Source: Octopus sinensis
Lineage: Eukaryota
Reading direction: 5' to 3'
NCBI RefSeq assembly: GCF_006345805.1
Contig: NW_021823836.1
Span: forward strand, 1-20,908
DNA: 20,908 bases
The notes under the pieces: model-generated
Database searches by the model: none
What the model was told of the DNA's origin: nothing
What the model saw: the letters and a program-made list of their open reading frames with translations, nothing else
Shown here: positions 10,325-20,908 of the stretch, piece after piece
Position numbering within the stretch: position 1 is the stretch's first letter
Layout: the number at the start of each line of letters is the position of its first letter
Made by a program: the position numbers and the translations under genes

Positions 10325-11879
10325 ATGTATTTATGTATATATGTGTGTATACTAGCATCTACTTATTTTTTCAAGCTGCTTGACCTAGAATTGCATTACT
10401 TTAAGTTTCACATGATGGTTTTATATATATATATATATGTATATGCGTATATGTATTTGCTCAGAAATGCACTGGTTAAAGTCTGCACGTAGTGTGTAAA
10501 CACGCACCCATACACGTGTGCTTGTGTGCGTGTTTCATTGCTTATTCCAAGAAGTATTGATAGGAAACCTGTTCTAAATTCTTATATAATTTATCGAAGG
10601 CTGCAAGGGCAGCGTTATAATCTTCCTGACCTCCTTCCTGACCACGTCCCACGACCGCTGTATCCTCCTTGCATGGTAAAATGCAAGTGTTATCTAATAG
10701 AAATGCCTGTGAACTGACTTGTGAAGTGGAAGATGACGGTGTGAGGAAACCGGTAAGGTTGGAAGGTCTGGTAAAAATACTAGCTTTATAATGAGTGCAT
10801 CAAAAGGACCAACCACGTGTAGCTAGTGTTGGTGTTACATCAGGTGGTATGATGGGTGGACCAATCAATGTAATTTATATCAAACAGTTGGTTTCTGTTT
10901 AAGGGAAGATAAAAACAGGAAATTCCTGTATTTAATTATTGGAAAAGAGTTTGGTAATGAAGATGGAATTGTTTCCAAGAACTGAATTGATATTTTTAAG
11001 AGTTTGACTGACACAAAAATATCTCTGTATTCTTTTCAGTCATCTGAGGAAATGTGTGTGCAGCTGTGAGACACGCATGCGCACATACACTAATTATATT
11101 TATGCCAGCATGTGTGCGCACTTGTGTATATGTGGGTGTGTGTGTTTGTACAGAAAGAGAGAGAAAGAAATAACGAGTGAGAGAGAGAGGGAGAGAGAAA
11201 AAGACGTTTTTTTCTCTCTTCATCTGTTTTCTCTCCTCATTCCTTTCTGCAGAAGAGCGTAGACTCGAAACATTTAAAGACCTCTTTTTTTGCCTGTGCT
11301 TCAAACTAATCCATCATGTTTATTGTTTTCCCACCTGCCACTGTCATTAAAAAAAATTTTTTTTTAATATAATTTTGGACTGTGTGTTTGTGTGTGTGTG
11401 TGTGTTACTCATTGCAAGTGAAGAGCTAAATATACAGCATAGCCAAAATAGAAAGTTTCATAAATATAATTTTAATGTACAGGGAAACTTCCAACAATAA
11501 ATAACCAGCAATAATTCTTGAAGACATCTTTGTGCACCAGCAAAAGACCAAGTGGTAGATTCCTGTCGTGCGAATATTTCCAGTTCTTGGTGAAGCTGTG
11601 TTATTTCCTTTAGAGTGTCAAAATTGATGGTAAAAAAAGAAAAAAAAGTTATTAGTTCACCGAAATTGGAATTAGTTAAGTTGCCTGGAAAATTTTCTTG
11701 AGGTTAACCGTTGTTAGGGGATTAAAGGAAGGAGGTATTGAAGAGAAATATTGGTACTGGAATAGTCAGGCTACTCCCTTTTGGGTAATATGGAGAAAAT
11801 GTATGATATAGGATAAAGAAGTGTTTAATTGTTCTATGCAGGTCTGCTTAGTCTGGATCATGTGGGCATTTCGAAAATA

Positions 11880-12212
11880 TTAACTGATACTTGTCGAAGT
11901 GGTGGTATTTAGAGAAAGGCTCGAATTATTTTTGAATTGCAGTTGAATTTAGCCACGGAATAGTTGATGTTATTCAATATAAATTTCTTTTCAGATATAC
12001 ATACATTGCTTCTTTTGGCTCTATTGCTGTAAGGTAAATTTTTCTCTTTAGATTTTTCATTTGATGTAAAACAAATTAGCGTCATTCTCTCTTAAAATGT
12101 TAGGCGTAACTTGATACAGTTGTTGAAGTCTTATTTTCATTGTATCTGAAGGATGGTGCGTGGTTGAAGTAACGTTGCTTAAACCTACCTTCTATAATAC
12201 CGATGTAGTGTT
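11880..12212 (-). mobile_element. Decayed Penelope-like retroelement fragment (GIY-YIG endonuclease C-terminal part)
   Basis: Manual minus-strand translation gives HYIGIIEGRFKQRYFNHAPSFRYNENKTSTTVSSYA*, then after frameshifts YIK*KI, PYSNRAKRSNVCISEKKFIL and SKYHHFDKYQL. This follows the PLE motif order YIG..FKQRY.NH..SF..IKWKI..PYS..KRCNLC..EK.FIL..KCRH. Confidence 0.7.
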
Positions 12213-12391
12213 TTCACTTTATAGGATGGCTTAGTTTAGTAATGGGGTTAAATTTAACATCTCAACACCACTCCCGACTTTGTGACCTCGTGCCTTAGAG
12301 AGACATCCATAGTTTAGTTCTTTCTTATTTTTATTATTATTATGATCATTATTATTATTATTAATTATTATTATCATTATTATTATTATGA

Positions 12392-12436
<45 letters not shown>

Positions 12437-12910
12437 TACAACGGTATTTTGTTTCTGCATGTAGGTAAAAAAATCAAAAGAGAGATGAGAGACTGTGTGG
12501 CTGTCATGACTTTCTATAGAGGTTCTTTAACTCAGTAAGTGAAATGAAATGGTTATGAGTAAGAATTGAAACCCTCATCATCTGATAACAAATATTTCAA
12601 CATGTTGCACACTCTCTCTCTCTCTCTTTGTATATATAGATACTCTCTAACTGTTGCTATACACACGGTAGTTATTTATTGACTCAAGAATTAAAACACA
12701 AAGGTAGGGGAATGCTACTTACACGGTTCTTAATACCACTTACATGTCTGCTGTAGTGACTTCATCTATATATAGGTGCCTTCTAAAGATAGCTATCTAC
12801 ACGAGAGTTATTTTGTAGTGATATGCATAACTATTTACACGGAACTTACTAATAGCTATTCAGCAGAACTGCTGTTGTATTTTTATTTATTTACTTATTT
12901 ATTTATTTAT

Positions 12911-13312
12911 CTCTCTTTTTACTCTTTTACTTGTTTCAGTCATTTGACTGCGGCCATGCTGGAGCACCGCCTTTAGTCGAGCAACTCGACCCCAAATCTT
13001 ATTCTTTGTAAGCCCAGTACTTATTCTATCGGTCTCTTTTGCCGAACCGCTAAGTGACGGGGACGTAAACACACCAGCATCGGTTGTCAAGCAATGCTTG
13101 GGGGACAAACACAGACACACACACGCACATACATACACATATATATATATATACATATATACGACAGGCTTCTTTCAGTTTCCGTCTACCAAGGCATTGG
13201 TCGGCCCGGGGCTATAGCAGAAGACACTTGCCCAAGATGCCACGCAGTGGGACTGAACCCGGAACCATGTGGTTGGTTAGCAAGCTACTTACCACACAGC
13301 CACTCCTGCGCC
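12911..13312 (-). mobile_element. Near full-length tRNA-derived SINE with internal (CA)/(TA) tract
   Basis: Head GGCGCAGGAGTGGCTGTGTGG; Pol III A box at 13302-13292, B box GGTTCAGTCC at 13259-13250; followed by a CORE-like CTTGGGCAAGTG; AT-rich tail near 12911. Confidence 0.85.
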
Positions 13313-13715
13313 TATTTAATTTATATGATTAATTTGTATTGGAATTGTTCAGTTATGGGGTTGTTGGTTACAGGCTTTCAACGAACAGAACATATCTACA
13401 TTTACTACATCGGAAGTGGCTCATGAGTGAGTGTCTCTAAACCGATGCAGAACAAATATACAAAAGGATTAATTCCTAAAGTAACGCTTTTCGATTTTTC
13501 TTTAGATGTATATACGCAAACACACACAAACACGCGAGCGCGCGCACACATTTGTGAATGGAAACAAAAATTTATATATATATATATACATATATATGTA
13601 TATATTAGTGGTAAACATATATGGGTGTATATTATACAGTAAATAAAGATATCTGATGAAGAGGTTGTCATAAAATGTAATGTATATATAAATATTTTCG
13701 TATATTCATGTACAA

Positions 13716-13757
<42 letters not shown>

Positions 13758-13953
13758 CGCATACATACTACATACATACGTACACCCATATATATTTTTG
13801 TATGCATTAGGGAGAGGAAATGACAGGAAGATATCAAAAATATTTAGATAAAAGAAAAGAAAGTATGGAAAATTTAGGGAGAAATGTGAGAGTAACAGAA
13901 AGAGAAAGGATAGAGAGAAAGAAAGGGACAAAGATTGAGAGCCGAAGATGTAT

Positions 13954-13994
<41 letters not shown>

Positions 13995-14607
13995 GGGAAA
14001 ACTGAGCGAAGGTGTGAAAAAATGTGAAGCTCCACCTAAAGATTTTTGTAAAAATTGAGAAAAAAAGATAAATATAAGACATAAAGAAGGAAAGAGAATA
14101 TCGTTAACACTTCGCCATCTTTGTAATCTCTGTAGAACCTTCACCCACCCCCCCCGCTGCCAGCCCCCTTCACCACGACCCCGCCACCCCCACACGAAAA
14201 CGTAAATTTATTCTAATTTCTTTCTTCCAACAGCAAACCTTTCTCGATCCACCCCCATGTCTCTGGGGATCTTTTTTTTTATATATTTTTTTTATAGAAG
14301 GGAAAACTTTAAATGCTGGTGGCTGATGTTCCTGGGTGGAAATGTGGGTGGGTGGTTGGGGATGCTGGCGGTGGTGATGTAGTGGCGTTGATGGTGCGGT
14401 GACGGCGGTTGTGTTGTTCACTACCAAACATTCCATAAAAACAATTGCAAGCCAACAGTTTTAACAATGACTGGACTCTTGAAACATGGCAAAGACAACC
14501 TGGACAGCAAAGAGAAGCAATCATAGTAGTAGTAGTAGCAGTAGTAGTGGAAGTAGTAGCAGCAGCAGCAGCAGTAGTAGTAATGATAATAATTCTTTCC
14601 AAGATTT

Positions 14608-14724
14608 GGCGCAAGGCCGGAAATTCTGTGGGGATGAGGGGAGTCGGTTACATTGCCTACTCCCCCCTCAGTACTCAAGTGGTACTTTATTTTATCGATC
14701 TTGAAAGGGTGAGACGCAAAGTCG
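14608..14724 (-). mobile_element. Truncated SINE fragment, same family as 4414-4571
   Basis: CAGTACTCAAGTGGTACTTTATTTTATCGATCTTGAAAGGGTGAGACGCAAAGTCGA aligns with the 4447-4500 segment. Confidence 0.55.
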
Positions 14725-15321
14725 AATGATGATGACGCTAATGATGATGATGATGACGACATGGAAACTGAACGCAAAGGAACGGCCACAAGATGTAATA
14801 ACAAAGAACAACAACAAAAGACAAACAATAAACAAAAGCAACAAGTTAATTATTTTTGTTTTGCGTGTAGTTGTTCTTATACACACACACACACACAAAA
14901 CAGCACATACAGACGCATATACATACATAAAAACACACACGCATACATAATATATATATATATATATATATACTATATACATACATACACACATATATAC
15001 ACATGCAATACAATACACACATTTATGTAAGTATACGCATGTGGATATGTGTGTGTGTATGTGCGTAACAGAAAGAAAGACAGAGAGAGAAAGAAAGATA
15101 GAAAGAGTGAGAGTGAGAGAGAAAGAAAGAGAGAGAGAGAGAGTGAGAGAGTGTGAGAGAGAGAAAGAAAGAGAGATAGAGGCTGTGTGACTGTACTAAT
15201 ACTTTTATATTCTAAATTACAAATTAATTTCTAAACTAAATAACAATATTACAATAAAATACATAAAACTGTCTAACGCTAAAACCTACCCAAACATCAA
15301 AAAATCAACACCCGCCACCCG

Positions 15322-15355
<34 letters not shown>

Positions 15356-15370
15356 TAATATATATAATAT

Positions 15371-15401
<31 letters not shown>

Positions 15402-15589
15402 ACAGAGGGGATTACAAAGGCTTAAATTTGAGTGTACACCTAGTCACTTATGAAATATATAATTTGCTTATTAAATTAGTTTCCTTTTTTAAAAAATCAT
15501 TAATTTTTTTGTATTTAATTAGGAAAAATGAAATAAAGAAACTTAGTAAATACCATTTATTTGAAATATTACAGTTTATATTGTAACTT

Positions 15590-15908
15590 ATTGGTTCTCC
15601 GTCGGTTACGACGACGAGTGTTCCAGTTGATCCAATCAATAGATACAGCCAGCTCGTGAGATTAACGTGCAAGTGGCTGAGTACTCCGAGGACACGTTTA
15701 AGCTTGACGTAGTTCTCGGGGAGATTGAGTATGAAACGGAATATAACATGGCTGGCCCGTTCGAATTACAGGTACTACTAATTTTTGCCAGTTGAGTGGA
15801 TTGGAAAGACCAGAAAGAAAGGTGTCTTGCCCAAGGGTACAACTCACCACCAGGAATCGAAAACACGGCCCCACGATCGTGAGCGTAATACCCTGACCAC
15901 TGAGCCAA
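15590..15908 (-). mobile_element. tRNA-derived SINE of a second family, diverged
   Basis: A box TGGCTCAGTGG at 15907-15897, degenerate B box GTTTTCGATTCC at 15864-15853, then CORE-like CCTTGGGCAAGACAC. Confidence 0.75.
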
Positions 15909-16041
15909 TAATCTTCACATATTATATAGGTATATCAAATATACAATATGTAACGTTTATATGTATATGTGTGTGTATGTATGTTTGTAGGTATGTGTGT
16001 ATGTATATATCCATGTGTGTATTTGTTTCTCTCTTTATCCT

Positions 16042-16073
<32 letters not shown>

Positions 16074-16650
16074 CACACATATATATATGTATGTATATAT
16101 ACATATATATACATGTATGTATTTATATATGTATATATGTGTACACACTCACACGCACACACATATATACATATAGATAGATAGATAGATATGTGCATAT
16201 ATGTATGTATAATGTCTGTATATGCATATGTATTAGATATAGTTTATATAAATATGAAATATTCTTAGAATATCGTGGAATATGGAACTCTCTGGTTAGA
16301 AACTTTGAGAAAGCATTTTTTGAAATGGTAAAGGATTAACTTAAAACGCACACATGGAGATGCCTACTCGCATACACGCACAGGTACAAAGGTACCTGGC
16401 CACTCTTATACTCATAAACAATTAGACACACACACACACACACATACTGGTACACACGCACTCATGCAGACAAAGGCAGGTACATATGTACTAACATTTG
16501 TACATACATACACACACAACACATACACATGTGCAGGTATACATAGACACACATTCATCCACCCGAACTCTCTCTCTCTCTCTACCCCTCACCACACCCA
16601 GTCATCCACACTGTCGTAATTTTCCAATCTTTTAGATCAACTTGAACTAT

Positions 16651-16938
16651 CGTCATCATGATCGTCATCACCACCACCATCATCATCGTCGTCATCACCA
16701 TCATCGTCGTCATCATCATCAACATCATCATCACCACCATCATCACCACCACCACTATCATCATCATCATCGTCATCACCATCATCGTCGTCATAATCAA
16801 CATCATCATCACCACCACCACCATCATCATCATCGTCATCATCGTCATCACCATCATCGTCGTCATCATCATCATCACCACCATCATCACCACCACCACC
16901 ACCACCACCACCGTCATCATCGCCATCATCATCATCAT
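16651..16938. repeat. Mosaic triplet repeat (CAT/CAC/CGT)n
   Basis: About 96 consecutive CAT, CAC or CGT-type triplets; source of the poly-His, poly-Ile and poly-Met ORFs. Confidence 0.9.
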
Positions 16939-17855
16939 TAGCTCCCCTATCACCTTTACCTCCACATTTTCATTAGCATCACCGTTAGCTCTCCCCCATC
17001 ACCATCACGTCCACCACCACCACAAGCCCCAGTGCGCTCCCCATCATCGTCATCACTCTAGTCATCTTCATCTTCATCATCATTATACGCCACAGGTACA
17101 ATATCCATTTAACCCCCATGCAAGACACCCCTACCCCCAAATAACCACCGCCGCCGCCGCCACCCCAAGTCTGCCTCCTGCATCTGTGTTGTAGACATGT
17201 GTCTTGCTAACTTATCTCTTTAGAGGAAAGGATGGAGAGGTGGAGGGACGGAGATAAGGAGGAGGAGGAGGAGGGTGAGTGAAGATATGAATGACGGAGG
17301 TGAGGGAGGAGGTGATGGTTTAAAGCAGGGACGGCGGTGGTGGTGGGGGGAGTGCTGCACAGGCTTTATGGGGACAGGGTACACGTGCCAGGCACCTTGC
17401 CATGTTGGATAATATGAGAGAGAGGAGGGAGAGAGAGAGAGAGGAGGGAGGGAGACAGGGGAAAGATGAGGTAACGGGGTTTGGGGAGTAACGGAGAGGT
17501 AGACACACAGACACACTACACACACACATACATTCATAGAAAGACAGAAATAGACTGGCAAAAGAGATAGATAGATCTATTTATCTATATAGATAGAAAG
17601 ATAGACAGACATGTATGTGTGTGTGTGTGTATGGAAAAAAAAGTAAAGGTAGAAAATGCTAAAATAATTTTATAAAAGACATTTCAGTACCGGTTTCAGT
17701 CAGTGAAACTTTTTCAACTGTAAGTATAAGAAAACAATTAAGTTTTGGAAAAATTATATGAAAAGTTTTTTTTTTAAAGAATATTTGCGTAGTGTTCAAA
17801 TACAAGTGGCATTTTCCTTGTTTCTGCCTGTCTCTGTCTCTTTTGTTTTGTTATA

Positions 17856-17888
<33 letters not shown>

Positions 17889-17906
17889 ATATATACATAC
17901 ATACAT

Positions 17907-17952
<46 letters not shown>

Positions 17953-17989
17953 CTATATATATATACACATACATACATACATATATATT

Positions 17990-18152
17990 TTCTTTACTAC
18001 CCACAAGGAGTCTACAACACAGAGGGGACAAACCGATTAAGTCGATTATATCGACCCCAGTGCGTAACCGATAAATTAAGTACCAGTTACGCACTGGGGT
18101 CGATATAATCGACTTAATCTGTTTGTCCCCTCTGTGTTTAGCCCCTTGTGGT
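17990..18152. repeat. Fold-back palindrome built from SINE-related sequence
   Basis: 53-bp arms 18016-18068 and 18086-18138 with one mismatch and a 17-nt loop; looser pairing extends to about 17990 and 18152; flanked by (TA)n. Confidence 0.9.
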
Positions 18153-18275
18153 ATAAAGAATACATATATGCATATATATATATATATATATATATATAAC
18201 AAAACAAGAGAGACAGAGACAAATATAGGTAGACAACAGATATAGATAGATGATCTATAATACATATATATATAT

Positions 18276-18314
<39 letters not shown>

Positions 18315-19102
18315 CTATATATATATAATATAGATAGATAGATAGATAGATAGATATGTTGAAAGAGAGAAGATATGTTGAAAGAGAGAGAGATGGGTAG
18401 ATACAGATGTATAGTCAGGAATGCGTATCAGTATGTATAGAGTCTTGTGCGGATGCGATGCTTGTGTGTGTGCGCGCGCGTATGTGTGAGGGGGTATATG
18501 CATGGTTTTGCATGCAAGAATGTGTGTGTGTTGTGGTAAAAGATGGTGAAATCTGAAGAGCGCAATAGACACAAAGACAAGGAAGAGCCAGAGGTAGGTG
18601 GTGGTGGCGGTGGTGGTGGAGGAGGAGGAGAGGTAATGGTAGAAAAGGGGGAATGGTTGTTGTTGGGGGAGGGTAAGGAGAGAAGAGAGGAGTGGTAGGA
18701 GGAGAGTGAGGTAGCTGAGCCGAATGAGCGCCAGGGAGTGTTTGGTATAAGGTGACATGTGGGTGGTGGGAATATTGCTGGGGGCGGCGGCGGTGATGGT
18801 GGTGGTGGTCGTGGTGATAGTAATGTTGATGATGATGATGATGGGGATAGCGATGGCGATGATTAATCGCCTTCCCTTAATGACAAAACTTTCCTTACAT
18901 TTCGCTCACGGCTTTCTTCCACAAATATTTCATTCTAAAACTCCAAGAACGAAATTCTAAAAGTTTTAAGAATTTTATTTTGTAAAAGAATAAAACTTTC
19001 TGCAAACTAATCTGACCCACAGGTGTCGCTGCTGTCTTGGCATGCTCCGTTGATTTATATAAGATCTCACCTGATAATAATAAAAATGTGCATGTGTGCA
19101 TA

Positions 19103-19138
<36 letters not shown>

Positions 19139-19315
19139 TGTACCCCATTCAAGGGGTTGTTTAGTAAAGTTATGCGTGAAGTGTTGAGCCCTATCTGGGA
19201 CCCTGTTTCGTGGTCTTACGTCACATCATCTCGAGTTACCCTTATAGATCTGGGACTTGCATGTCGAAGTGTATTCTTTCTTTGTCTCATCTCCACTCCC
19301 ACCCAACTTTAGTAA

Positions 19316-19403
19316 AGTTCTTCGATCGGTAATTCTCGGATGTAGTTCTGCTGGAGTTTTACTAATTGCGCCAATAGCAAACTACAGGAATCCGTTCGTC
19401 TAA
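19316..19403 (+). repeat. 88-bp direct repeat, copy 1
   Basis: 81/88 identical to 20483-20570 by manual alignment, no gaps. Confidence 0.92.
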
Positions 19404-19769
19404 AGTTGGTGGATTTTGAGACGAAGAACAAAGATCAAAAGGTTTCCTTTCGGTCTCCCTTCTTGTAGCTGTAACTCGTATCTATTTATATCTATCTCAA
19501 GGGCCGTTCTATTCAGTAGAGCTATGGTCAAAGGTGTTCCGGCAGTGACCGTCCTGTTTATGATTCAACCATTGAATATCTGGTCATCTCCAGCATTTCC
19601 CTTGACACCGAATAATGATTATTTTACCAGATTTTACTTCTGCGAATGAACATGTGATTCTTGTGAATCCATACAGGATCCACAAGTTCGATCACTGGCT
19701 GGTCACTTAACGCTGCTTCCTACCGTTCCTGCTCTGCCCAAGAGTGGGGACCTATCATAGCCGAACCAG

Positions 19770-20300
19770 GTTCACTGATCTTCCTTATTCGCCCATTCGT
19801 GTATCGTGATGTCGCATTTATTCAAATACACGTTTTTGAAAGTCTTTCTTTGTCTGCAATACTTGCTCTTTCCTCCCTCAAACTGGGCTAAAAGCAGTTT
19901 CCTGTTTTGGTCATTCGATAGTCCAACACTCAGCGAATGCGTACGGTTTCCTCCAGACCCCTCTGATATTGCATTTCCAATTTCCAGCTTAAGGAATCGT
20001 GGCATATAACTTGTCTGTTACCAGAACAATAGAGGAGAGTGGGTACAACAACTGCCTTATTCCAATTTTGTTTTACATTTTTTGTGTGTCTTATTCACGA
20101 CTCCCAAAGCAACCAAAGTTTGGGCAGGTACATTTTACTTAATTCTGCATCGGGTTTCCGCCAATACCAACCTAAGGGGTCGACGTAATAGGCAAATCAC
20201 CCACATGTTCTACAGGTCCCAGGTAGTTATGCCCCTCACAACGACTATCAATAAACAACTTTAGGACTTCAGTGCATGGCTTTACCCGGTCGGTGGTGGC
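19770..20300 (-). mobile_element. Decayed RTE-clade-like LINE 3' fragment (post-RT region)
   Basis: Frameshifted remnants in the expected order: TEVL, FAY..DAEL, KAVVVPTLLYCS (~20060-20023) and KLLLAQFEGGKSKYCRQRKTFKN..LNKCDI..HEW. These resemble the RTE/BovB motifs YKAVVLPTLLYGSE and PKQLLYGEL..GKR..GGQ.KRFKD.LK. Confidence 0.55.
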
Positions 20301-20482
20301 TATAGCACCTCTAAAACGGCCCTCATCAGTACCTGAGTTCTGTGGCACCCTACCTACCTTAAATAGAAGCACCCTACATTTCCCACCATCTGTTCGCATA
20401 TCCAAACAGTTGCATTAAGTCCTTGCTTATTGGTTGTTTATTAATCCAAGAACTATGATTCCATATACGTATCGATCATAAC

Positions 20483-20570
20483 AGTTCTTCGATCGATAAT
20501 TCTCAGATGTAGTTCTGCTGGAGTTTTACTAATTGCGCCAATAGTAAACTACAAGAACCCATTTGTCTAA
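20483..20570 (+). repeat. 88-bp direct repeat, copy 2
   Basis: 81/88 identical to 19316-19403; offset 1167 bp. Confidence 0.92.
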
Positions 20571-20908
20571 TTTCTACACCTTACCTGTAGCCGTTTTTAT
20601 TTCTTAAAAGAAAAAAAAGAAAAATAAGGCAGGTTTCGGCGAGTCAGAATTCAACTGCTGTTTACAGCAAGTCGAGCAAACATGTAGCAATGCTCCCCCC
20701 TCACTTAACCCGAGAATATTCTTTGTTCTGTAAAGTGTAAGAATATGAGTTAGTCTGGTCTTGAGAGTGGAGGGCGTTTGTGTGTGTACATGTATGTGTG
20801 TGTGTGAGTTAAGGGTCTAGTACTTTGCTCTACAGAGAAGGTCCCTATTCTTATGTCTATTCTAAATTTGTGTGTGTGTGTTGTATACATGTAGGCTCAA
20901 ATGAGGGA

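Noticed and set aside
12717-12770. Two GTAAGT donors on the minus strand
   Set aside because: The phase-1 reading ends in T and creates TAA with the exon's first AA; the other has no usable ATG or phase.
17320-17403. MARCLA... as an MPRCL-type scratch N-terminus
   Set aside because: Diverges after five residues, stops after 27 codons, and has only weak GT sites.
252-18960. Numerous YI/TH/VC/LS/poly-Y/poly-V ORFs in the track
   Set aside because: Translations of di- and trinucleotide microsatellites.
18894-19043. MPRQQ... start and the MKYLWKKAVSE donor (AT|GTAAGG) as exon 1
   Set aside because: No SNAG match; the donor is phase 2 and gives a stop on joining the 4305 acceptor.
2122-19073. 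Window-wide enrichment of CAGGTG/CACCTG E-boxes as autoregulation
   Set aside because: About nine sites, three inside SINE copies; close to rough chance expectation.
19772-20005. MPRFLK... as a SNAG-like first exon of scratch
   Set aside because: Does not match MPRSFLVK, lacks a good phase-1 donor, and lies within the RTE-like remnant.

Overview
This is eukaryotic genomic DNA, AT-rich and dense in (TA)n, (CA)n, (GA)n and triplet microsatellites. The SINE-like repeats resemble, from memory and unchecked, those of Octopus and other coleoid cephalopods. The only well-supported gene is the minus-strand terminal coding exon (4305-3527) of a Snail/Scratch-superfamily C2H2 zinc-finger factor with five fingers, most like the scratchB/Kahuli type. 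It is entered through a phase-1 acceptor, and no SNAG-encoding first exon was found. Sequence to the right is probably intron or upstream DNA. It holds tRNA-derived SINEs, a decayed Penelope-like GIY-YIG fragment, a decayed RTE-like LINE fragment bracketed by an 88-bp direct repeat, three inverted-repeat structures and a 60-bp minisatellite. To the left are a 30/29-bp minisatellite and a region rich in TGACA/TGTCA. Nearly all other ORFs in the track are microsatellite artefacts. I see no firm evidence of a new biological system. The best leads are the dsRNA-forming inverted repeats, a candidate 18-nt microexon, the long direct repeat around the LINE remnant, and the TGACAG array.
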